Assembly (NCBI GenBank): GCA_902795195.1
Contig: CADBKF010000008.1
Location: forward strand, 17,677-81,676
Length of the DNA: 64,000 nucleotides
DNA from: Oscillospiraceae bacterium
GTDB taxonomy: Bacteria > Bacillota > Clostridia > Oscillospirales > Oscillospiraceae
Direction: 5' to 3'
Positions 27,989 through 35,164 of this stretch are shown here, in pieces. The notes under the pieces were generated by a model. That model saw only the letters and a list, made by a program, of their open reading frames with translations. It had not been told where the DNA came from and ran no database searches. Every line of letters begins with the position of its first letter. Positions within the stretch are counted from its first letter, which is position 1. The position numbers and the translations under genes are program-made.

Positions 27989-28483
27989 CTATTCCCGCAA
28001 GGCGCGTTCGTTTTCCAGATAGTCGATCTTTCCCTTGAAGACGCCGCAGCCGTACATCAAAAGGGCGCAGCACAGCAGGTTCACCCAGCCGAAGTGGCTC
28101 GCATTGAAGGAGTTCATCAAGCCGATGCCCAGATTGAGGATGCCGACCAGCCCGACCATCCGGCGGATATTTTTCAAGTGATTGATCCGGGAGTCCAGAT
28201 CCGAAAACAGGTCGAACTGGCCCAGCTCGCTCCGCTTGCGGAAGTAGATCCATTTCACGACTCTGCCCAGATATTCCGCGCCGGTCTCCCGCATAAAGGC
28301 CAGATAGCCCTCGTCCTGATCGTGCATCTCCAGCCGGATCGTGTAGGCGCCCGGCTCGGTCTTTTCAAAATGATAGGTGCAGAAGCCGACGCCGACCAGG
28401 GCCCAGCCCTGCATCGCCATCTCGTTGAGCCAGCGCTCCTCTTTTTCAAAGTCCCAGACCCAGAACCATTTGCGTACCGTCAT
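27989..28483 (-). CDS. DUF2812-family membrane protein (PadR partner)
   Basis: MTVRKWFWVWDFEKEERWLNEMAMQGWALVGV is the typical DUF2812 N-terminus, with C-terminal TM helices. ATG 28483 forms an ATGA overlap with the padR stop. Alternative start at 28495. Confidence 0.75.
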   Translation of the reverse strand: MTVRKWFWVWDFEKEERWLNEMAMQGWALVGVGFCTYHFEKTEPGAYTIRLEMHDQDEGYLAFMRETGAEYLGRVVKWIYFRKRSELGQFDLFSDLDSRINHLKNIRRMVGLVGILNLGIGLMNSFNASHFGWVNLLCCALLMYGCGVFKGKIDYLENERALRE

Positions 28484-28812
28484 TCTGTCAGCCATTTTTG
28501 CGGCCCTCCCAAAACCGTTTCTCCGTTTTTTACCAGCTCTCTGAGCCGGTTCAGCTCCCCGGTGAGCACCTGCAGGCCCTTGTCGGTGAGCTGATAGTTC
28601 TTCTTTCTGCTGCCGTCCGTCACCGGCAGCTGGACGATCCAGTGCTTTTCCACCATGGCATTCAATGCCCCGTACAGCGTGCCTGCCGCCAGCCGGACCC
28701 GGCCGCCGGACATGGCCTCCACCGCCTGCATGATCCCGTAGCCGTGCTGCGGGTTGTACAGCGACAGGAGGATGTAGTACGTCGCCTCGGTCAGCACGAT
28801 ATTTTCCTGCAT
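28480..28812 (-). CDS. PadR-family transcriptional regulator
   Basis: YYILLSLYNPQHGYGIMQAV...GTLYGALNAMVEKHWI winged-helix signature, 110 aa. Confidence 0.85.
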   Translation of the reverse strand: MQENIVLTEATYYILLSLYNPQHGYGIMQAVEAMSGGRVRLAAGTLYGALNAMVEKHWIVQLPVTDGSRKKNYQLTDKGLQVLTGELNRLRELVKNGETVLGGPQKWLTE

Positions 28813-28867
28813 CGCGTTCCCTCCTTCTATCGTGCTTCGTTCTAACGTTGCACGTTATAACGTCTTC

Positions 28868-28913
28868 CGATATATCGTAAGTCTAATATATCGCATCCCG
28901 ATATATTTGTCAA
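28868..28913 (-). promoter_or_regulatory. padR promoter with overlapping CGATATAT operator-like repeats
   Basis: Minus strand TTGACA (28913..28908), 17 nt, TATATT (28890..28885). Inverted repeat ATATATCG-N5-CGATATAT at 28886..28906 fills the spacer and overlaps the -10 hexamer. Palindrome CGATATATCG at 28868..28877. Confidence 0.6.
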
Positions 28914-29047
28914 GAGGGAAAGCGAAATTTTCTGAGATTTTTTTCATATACTCCGCTCTTTTTTCCGTCGCCCCGCTGTTGCGCTGGGCCGGGTTTTGTG
29001 CTAGACTGAGAAAAAGCGGCAAAAATCGGTTATTTTGAGAGGTTTGC

Positions 29048-30244
29048 ATGAAAGAGTTGACAAAAGAGCAGGCGCGGCGCTTCATACTTGCAAAGCAGGG
29101 TCTGCTGGGACGCTATCGCTTCTCCGGCAAAGCGGGGGCGCTCTGCTATATCCGGCAGGCAGGCTGCATTCAGTACGACCCCGTGGACGTCTGCGGCAAG
29201 AGCGCGGAGCTGACCCTGCAGTCGCGGGTCCGCGGCTTCCGGAAAACCATGCTGCAGGAGCTGCTGTATCAGGACAGGAAGCTCGTGGACTACGCCGACA
29301 AGGAGCTGTCGATCTGGCCGGCGGAGGATTGGCCGTACTTTTCGCCCTATCGTGCGCGCAGCCGCGCCATGGGCGAAGACTTCGAGGGCCTGGCCGGGCT
29401 CGAGGCGCAGGCGCTTGCCTACATCCGGGAAAACGGCCCTGTCTCGAGCGACACGCTGCCGATCGAGGGCGAGATCTTCTGGCACTCGTCGATGCACTGG
29501 AGCGGCAACTGGCACAGGAAATCGCAGGCGGCCCGCTCGGTGCTCGAACAGCTATACACGGACGGCGCGCTGCTGATCCACCACAAAAACGGCGCCCGGA
29601 AATTCTACGATCTGGCCGAGCGCTGCCTGGAGCCGCAGCTTTTGCACGCAGAGAATCCCTGCCCGGACGACGATGCGCTGCTGTGCTGGCGGGTGCTGCG
29701 CCGTATCGGGGCGGTGGGACTGCTGTGGAACAAGAGCTCCCCCGCCCTTCTCGGCATCCGGCTGGACGCCGAGACTCGCAGGCGCATCTTCTCGCAGCTC
29801 GAGGCGCGCGGAGCGATCCTGCCCGCCCGCGTGGAGGGAATAAAGCCGGTGTTCGTTTATCGTGCGGAGGACGAGGCGCTCATGCAGGCGGCATGCGCCG
29901 GAACGCTGGACGCAGGGCCGCGCATGGAGCTTCTGGCCCCGCTCGACCCCCTGCTCTGGGACAAGCAGCTGGTCGCCGCTCTCTGGGATTTTGAGTACAG
30001 CTGGGAGATCTACACCCCGGCGGAAAAGCGGAAGTACGGCTACTACACCCTGCCGATCCTCTGGGGCGAGCGCTTCATCGGGCGCATCGAGGCCGCCGCG
30101 GACCGAAAATCCGGAACGTTGTTTGTGAAAAACATCTGGTACGAGCCCGGCGTCCGAAGAACAAAGAAGCTGCAGGCCGCGATGGATCGAACGCTCCGCA
30201 GATTTGCCGCGTTCAACGACTGCGAAGCAGTGGATATGGCGTAA
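29048..30244 (+). CDS. YcaQ/AlkZ-like winged-helix DNA glycosylase family protein (DUF1006)
   Basis: MKELTKEQARRFILAKQGLLG N-terminus and YGYYTLPILWGERFIGRIE near the C-terminus, both typical of the family. Confidence 0.7.
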   Translation: MKELTKEQARRFILAKQGLLGRYRFSGKAGALCYIRQAGCIQYDPVDVCGKSAELTLQSRVRGFRKTMLQELLYQDRKLVDYADKELSIWPAEDWPYFSPYRARSRAMGEDFEGLAGLEAQALAYIRENGPVSSDTLPIEGEIFWHSSMHWSGNWHRKSQAARSVLEQLYTDGALLIHHKNGARKFYDLAERCLEPQLLHAENPCPDDDALLCWRVLRRIGAVGLLWNKSSPALLGIRLDAETRRRIFSQLEARGAILPARVEGIKPVFVYRAEDEALMQAACAGTLDAGPRMELLAPLDPLLWDKQLVAALWDFEYSWEIYTPAEKRKYGYYTLPILWGERFIGRIEAAADRKSGTLFVKNIWYEPGVRRTKKLQAAMDRTLRRFAAFNDCEAVDMA

Positions 30245-30249
30245 AAATG

Positions 30250-30283
30250 AACCCGCCCGGTGTACTGTTCCGGGCGGGTTTTG
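30250..30283 (+). terminator. terminator hairpin, copy 1 of a duplicated element
   Basis: AACCCGCCCGG-TGTACTGTT-CCGGGCGGGTT TTG. Confidence 0.7.
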
Positions 30284-30733
30284 CAGCATGTCAAAAAACT
30301 GCCGGGAGGTGTGCAGTTGGTTGAACCGAGTGCATTCTCATCCCCCGTCATTGCGAACCAGTGCGCACACTGGTGTGGCAATCCGTTCCCTTGGCGCTTC
30401 ACTCACCGGGTCCTGCCTCCGGCGGCCCTATTTTCTTTGGTTCTTGGCCAAAGAAAATAGGGGAAAAGAAAGGCCGCTTTCCTTCGCGGAAGCTTTCCCG
30501 GCAACCATCGTAACTTTTTGCGGGTCGAGGGCGTTTGGGTACCTGGGAAGGGATTTGACTTGTGTTCTATCCCCGCGCTACCCCGCGACGCAAAACGGGC
30601 TTGCGGGAGACGCCCGTTTTACTGCTATCGCGCTGGCTTTGACCCGAGCGTGGTGCACTGCTCCATCGGTCCATATCCAAGTGCCATACGATATTTCGTC
30701 AAAATTCGTGACGTATGCTTTTTCGACAGTATG

Positions 30734-30772
30734 AAAACCCGCCCGGTGTACAGTACCGGGCGGGTTTTGTTT
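30734..30772 (-). terminator. terminator hairpin, copy 2 of the duplicated element
   Basis: AAAACCCGCCCGG-TGTACAGTA-CCGGGCGGGTTTT. Differs from copy 1 only in the loop. Confidence 0.7.
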
Positions 30773-30773
30773 G

Positions 30774-31760
30774 TCAGCGCTGGCCGTACCAGGCGGCGCG
30801 GTCCAGGCGGTAGCAGTGAAAGCCGTCTGTCTCCGTCTGAAAGGCAAAGCCGAGCTTTTCCAGCACGTGCCGGCTTCTGAGGTTTTTGACCAGGGCGTCT
30901 GCCGTGACGGCCTGCAGCTCCAGCGTGTCAAAGGCGTAGCGCAGTCCCAGCCGCTCGGCCTGTGTGCCGAGGCCCCGGCCCTTGACGCTGTCGTTTTGCA
31001 GGTGGATGCTGAGCTCGCAGGTGCCGCTGCTTCGGCCGATATGCCGCAGGCCCAGCTCGCCGATCACGCGGCCCTCGAACAGCACGGCAAAGCAGAGGCT
31101 GTCTGCTTCTGCGCTGCGCATGTCAAAAAACGCGTCCACCTTCTCCGGGCTGTAGCGGTACTGCTTCGCCTTCTCAAACAGCGCCATGTCCAGAAAGATG
31201 GCCGGGTCATAGACAAAATCGCGGTAGAGCGCGTGCATGTACGCGCGCGTCATCGGCACGAGCGAGACGGCCGGGGCGAGGTATTCATAGGCGATGCGCG
31301 GCGTGCCGTCCGCCACGTGGATGACGCCGCAGCGGCGGAAGCCCCAGGCCTCGATGCGCCGCTGCATCGGCAGGTTGTCTGCGTGCGTGTCCACGCGGAT
31401 GTGGTCGGAAAAGCGCAGGCAGAATTCGACACAGGCCCGGAACACGCCGTGGGCTCTCCCGTCGCCTGCCAGCCGGTGGATCGTCACGTAGGGTGCGTCG
31501 CTGCCCCAGGCGCCGTCCTCAATCACGCGGTAGGTCGGCTCGTCCCCAGGCTGCAGCTTGAACACGCCGTGCACGGCGCCCTGCTCGGTCAGCACGTAGG
31601 CGCCCTTCTGCGCAATATCGGCCTCCAGCAGCGCCCGCGTGGGATAGAAATGCCCCCACTGCGTGGGATTCCCGCTGCGGATCATAAAATCCTGCGCGCT
31701 TCGGTAGATCTCCATGATGCGGCCCAGATCATCCGGGGCCGCCTGTCGGATCTGCAGCAT
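30774..31760 (-). CDS. tandem (fused) GNAT-family N-acetyltransferase, two acetyltransferase domains
   Basis: ATG 31760 (MLQIRQAAPDDLGRIMEIY) with GGAGGG 7 nt upstream. The second domain begins at ...LVPMTRAYMHALYRDFVYDPAIFLDM. There is no stop or RBS between the domains. The upstream 200 codons of the tracked 528-aa ORF are antisense to the ADH gene. Confidence 0.75.
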   Translation of the reverse strand: MLQIRQAAPDDLGRIMEIYRSAQDFMIRSGNPTQWGHFYPTRALLEADIAQKGAYVLTEQGAVHGVFKLQPGDEPTYRVIEDGAWGSDAPYVTIHRLAGDGRAHGVFRACVEFCLRFSDHIRVDTHADNLPMQRRIEAWGFRRCGVIHVADGTPRIAYEYLAPAVSLVPMTRAYMHALYRDFVYDPAIFLDMALFEKAKQYRYSPEKVDAFFDMRSAEADSLCFAVLFEGRVIGELGLRHIGRSSGTCELSIHLQNDSVKGRGLGTQAERLGLRYAFDTLELQAVTADALVKNLRSRHVLEKLGFAFQTETDGFHCYRLDRAAWYGQR

Positions 31761-31874
31761 CGTGTTTCCCTCCTTGTGTTCGCTTGTATCGTATCCGCTC
31801 GGCCGGCGGACGCGGAAAACGCGCGCTTCGCCTTGCGCCCGGGCGGGTTTTGTGTTAAAATGGAGCGGGAGATG

Positions 31875-32990
31875 ATGAATATGGAATTTTTTATGCCCAC
31901 ACGCCTGATCACCGGAGAACACTGCGTGATGGAAAACCGCCGGCGGCTCGCCGCATTCGGCAGCCGCTGCCTGATCGTGACCGGCGGCAGCGGGGCCAGG
32001 CGCTCCGGCGCGCTGGCCGATCTGACCGCCGCGCTCGAGGCTGAGGGCGTCACCTATGAGATATTTGACCGGATCACGCCGAACCCCGCCGTCTCGCTCT
32101 GCCAGGCCGGCGGGCAGGCGGCAGCGGCCTTCCGGGCCCAATTTGTGGTCGGCGTCGGCGGCGGCTCGCCCCTGGACGCGGCCAAAGCCGTGGCGGTCTT
32201 CGCCGCCAACCTGGAGATGACGGAGGCGGAGTTTTATTCCGCCGACTGGCCGCGGCCGCCGCTGCCCATCGTCCTGGTGGGCACCACCGCCGGCACCGGC
32301 AGCGAGGTCACCTCGGTCGCCGTGCTCACCGACGGCGCCGGCAGAAAGCACAGCATCCACGACGACCGGCTCTATGCCGCCCTCGCGCTAGGCGATGCCC
32401 GCTACACCATGACCCTGCCCCAGGATGTGACGCTCTCGACCGGCATCGACGCCGTCGCCCACTGCGTGGAGAGCGCCTTCAGCAAAAAGGCCGACCGGCT
32501 CTCCCGCCTGTTTGCCGCCGAGGGCGTGCGTCTGGCGGTCCCGGCGCTCAGCGCCGCTGCCGGGGCTGACACCGCGCCGGATGCGCAGACGCGCGCGCAG
32601 CTCTATGCCGCGTCCATCCTGGGCGGTCTCGCCATCAACCGCACCGGCACGGTCTTCCCGCACAACGTGGGCTATTATCTGACCGAGCGCTGGGGCATCC
32701 CCCACGGCTTTGCCTGCGCGGTCTTCCTGCCGGATCTGCTGGACCATGTGGCGCAAAGCGCGCCGGCGCTGGCCGAAGACTTTTACCGCGCCGCCGGGGT
32801 CTCGGCGGACGAGCTGCGCCAGCTGGTCCGTGCGTGCCTGCCGCCCATGAACGCCTGCGCGACCGAGGCTGAGCTGCGTGCCGCCCTGCCCCGCTGGCAG
32901 AACAACGGCTCGGTGAAAAACACCGTCGGCGCCGTCAGCCAGGAACAAATTTTCACCGCTCTGAAGCAGCTGCTGGTGGATCGCGCCTGA
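31875..32990 (+). CDS. iron-containing alcohol dehydrogenase family protein
   Basis: GGGSPLDAAKAVA, VGTTAGTGSEVT and GIDAVAHCVES motifs. Several close ATGs (31860, 31872, 31875, 31881, 31893), so the exact start is uncertain. The N-terminal half of the tracked 739-aa ORF is antisense to the GNAT gene. Confidence 0.8.
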   Translation: MNMEFFMPTRLITGEHCVMENRRRLAAFGSRCLIVTGGSGARRSGALADLTAALEAEGVTYEIFDRITPNPAVSLCQAGGQAAAAFRAQFVVGVGGGSPLDAAKAVAVFAANLEMTEAEFYSADWPRPPLPIVLVGTTAGTGSEVTSVAVLTDGAGRKHSIHDDRLYAALALGDARYTMTLPQDVTLSTGIDAVAHCVESAFSKKADRLSRLFAAEGVRLAVPALSAAAGADTAPDAQTRAQLYAASILGGLAINRTGTVFPHNVGYYLTERWGIPHGFACAVFLPDLLDHVAQSAPALAEDFYRAAGVSADELRQLVRACLPPMNACATEAELRAALPRWQNNGSVKNTVGAVSQEQIFTALKQLLVDRA

Positions 32991-33112
32991 GAAATCGCCT
33001 GCCCTCCCCGGGATGGCAAAAATTGTCTGTTCAGATGCTGTTTTGATCCCGCTTCGTCCACAGACGGATGCCGGTTCCCGATAGTCTTGTTCCAACAAAG
33101 GAGGACAAGACC

Positions 33113-34135
33113 ATGATCGAACAAATCCGTCTCGAACAGGCACAGGCGCTCGACGCCTTTGTGCAGGCGCACCCGCGCGGACATTTCATGCAGAGCTCTC
33201 TCTGGGGCCGCGTCAAGCAAGGCTGGCCCTGGACCGCGTTTCTGCTGCAGGACGAGCGCACCGGCGAGATCCGCGGCAGCCTCGCGCTGCTGCGGCACGA
33301 TCTGCGGCATCTGCCCGGCTGCTGCTTTTTCTATGCCCCGCGCGGGCCGATCTGCGATGACGCCGCGTCCTTTCGCGCCCTGGTGGAGGCCGCCGCCGGA
33401 TATGCCAGGGCGCACGGCGCCTATCTTCTGCGCATCGACCCGGAGATTTCGGAAACCGACACCGGCTTTGCAGCGCTTGCCGCCAAGATGGGCTTTCACA
33501 TCAATCAGGCGCAGGATTTTTCCCTGTTTCAGCCGCGTCTGTGCTATCTCAGCGATCTGCGCGGCAAGGACGCGCAAAGTCTGCAGGCGGGTTATCGCCG
33601 CTCCACCAGGAGCAACATCCGCAAGGCGCTGCGCGGCCCGCTGACAGTACGGCGCGGCGATCGGGACGATCTTCCGGCATTCTGCCGCATGATGGCAAAA
33701 ACAGGCGCAAAAAACGGGTTCACGCCCCGCCCGCGATCCTATTTTCAGGCGCTGCTGGATGGGCTTGGCGCTCACGCAAGGCTGTATCTTGCAGAGCTGA
33801 GCGGCAGACCGGTTGCCGCAGCGATCTCCGTGATCTACGCGCGAACCTGCTCGTTTTGCTACGGCTGCTCCGAGGAGGCCGGGGACAAGCTCCACGCAAA
33901 CGAGCTGCTGCAGTGGGAAATGCAGAATGAGGCCATCGCCCTGGGCTGCGAGCGCTTCGATTTTCGCGGCGTTGAGGGGCCGCCGGAGGAATCCAATCCC
34001 CACTATGGGTTGCACCGGTACAAGCAGGGCTTCGGCGCTGCCTTCACCGCCTGGATCGGACAGCTGGATCTTCCCCTTCGTCCGCTGCTCTACACCCTGG
34101 TGGAGCACCTGGCCGTACACCGTTTTCACTTTTGA
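33113..34135 (+). CDS. FemAB-family peptidoglycan-bridge aminoacyltransferase-like protein
   Basis: MIEQIRLEQAQALDAFVQAHPRGHFMQSSLWGRVK and YFYAPRGP typical of the Fem/MurM family. AAAGGAGGA at 33097..33105. Confidence 0.75.
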   Translation: MIEQIRLEQAQALDAFVQAHPRGHFMQSSLWGRVKQGWPWTAFLLQDERTGEIRGSLALLRHDLRHLPGCCFFYAPRGPICDDAASFRALVEAAAGYARAHGAYLLRIDPEISETDTGFAALAAKMGFHINQAQDFSLFQPRLCYLSDLRGKDAQSLQAGYRRSTRSNIRKALRGPLTVRRGDRDDLPAFCRMMAKTGAKNGFTPRPRSYFQALLDGLGAHARLYLAELSGRPVAAAISVIYARTCSFCYGCSEEAGDKLHANELLQWEMQNEAIALGCERFDFRGVEGPPEESNPHYGLHRYKQGFGAAFTAWIGQLDLPLRPLLYTLVEHLAVHRFHF

Positions 34136-34148
34136 TGTAGGGCCTCCC

Positions 34149-35024
34149 TCACGCGTCCGCCGGGCCTCTGTGGAGCTCCTGGTAGGCCGAGGGAGACAGG
34201 CCGAATTCTTTCTGGAAGGCGCGGTAGAAGCTGGAATAGTCGCCGAAGCCGTAGCGAAGATACAGCTCGGTGATCTTCGCGCCCGAGCGGATCGCCGCGG
34301 CGCAGGCGGCCAGGCGCTTTTTGGTGATGTACTGGTGCACCGAAAGGCCGACGCTCTCCTGGAACAGGTGCGCCACGTAGTATTTGCTGAGGTAAAATTC
34401 CCCGGCGATGCGCTCAAGCGAGAGCGGCTCCTCAAGGTGGGTGTCGATGAAGGCCGTGATGGCCTCGTATTTCGAGACGCTCTCCTGCCGGGCGCCGGTC
34501 TGGGCCTGCTCGTGCACGAGGCGGTTGAGCTGCAAAAGCAGCTGGCAGATGTAGAGGCCAATTTGGGTCTGCTTGCCGTAGCGCTCGGTGTGCAGCTCGT
34601 CGAGCAGGGCAAAGAGCGAGCCGCGCAGCGCGTTGAAGCTTAGAAGGTCAAAGTGGTGGCGGTAGGCGCCGCGCTCTGCCAGCGCAAGCAGCGCGCTGTA
34701 GTCCGCAGATTGGGCGGTCAACGCCCGGCAGTAGTCCCGGCCGAGCCAGAGCACAAAGCGCCGGTAGGGCACGGTCTCATCCTGGATCAGCGCCCGGTGC
34801 TGCACGCCCGGCGGGACCACGATCACGTCGCCCTGCTGCAGAACATAGCGCTCGCGCCCGATCTCCATGCAGACCGCGCCCTCGACAAAGAAATAGAACT
34901 CATAATAATCGTGCGCGTGGCTGCCCACGCTGCGAAAATGCAGATCGCTGTAATAGTAGATCTCATAATCCTTCGAGAGCATGTACTGCCTCGGATTGAA
35001 CACAGAAGACCGTCGTTTCGACAT
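34149..35024 (-). CDS. AraC-family transcriptional regulator (cupin + HTH)
   Basis: N-terminal cupin (HAHDYYEFYFFVEG), C-terminal FGDYSSFYRAFQKEFGLSPSAY. Confidence 0.85.
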   Translation of the reverse strand: MSKRRSSVFNPRQYMLSKDYEIYYYSDLHFRSVGSHAHDYYEFYFFVEGAVCMEIGRERYVLQQGDVIVVPPGVQHRALIQDETVPYRRFVLWLGRDYCRALTAQSADYSALLALAERGAYRHHFDLLSFNALRGSLFALLDELHTERYGKQTQIGLYICQLLLQLNRLVHEQAQTGARQESVSKYEAITAFIDTHLEEPLSLERIAGEFYLSKYYVAHLFQESVGLSVHQYITKKRLAACAAAIRSGAKITELYLRYGFGDYSSFYRAFQKEFGLSPSAYQELHRGPADA

Positions 35025-35040
35025 ACGCCCCTCCTTATAA

Positions 35041-35075
35041 AACTAACCACTAACCACTAACAACTACCCACTATT
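35041..35075. repeat. heptanucleotide tandem array, five in-phase units (AACTAAC CACTAAC CACTAAC AACTACC CACTATT; minus strand AGTGGTT type)
   Basis: Read directly. Fills the whole space between the -10 box and the RBS of the AraC gene. Confidence 0.9.
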
Positions 35076-35100
35076 ATAACAACTTTTGCAAACTATGCAA
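35073..35100 (-). promoter_or_regulatory. near-consensus promoter of the AraC gene 34149..35024
   Basis: Minus strand TTGCAT (35100..35095), 16 nt, TATAAT (35078..35073). Confidence 0.55.
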
Positions 35101-35164
35101 CAATCAAAGCAATTCTTTTTCTGACTTTTTTACGGTATGCTCAAAGAAAAAACGGAGGGTTCCT

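Noticed and set aside
27981-27996. Two CCTATTC-type heptads (TTCTATT CCTATTC CC) next to the SLH terminator
   Set aside because: Only two units, and they overlap the last codons and stop of the DUF2812 gene. They may be related to the heptad family but are too short to distinguish from chance.
32783-34612. 609-aa minus ORF spanning the ADH end, the FemAB gene and part of the AraC gene; also the N-terminal 370 codons of ORF 30771..32990 and the N-terminal 200 codons of ORF 30774..32360
   Set aside because: These are composite read-through frames crossing several real genes and intergenic regions. Only the ADH part (from about 31875) and the GNAT part (from 31760) have RBS and family motifs.
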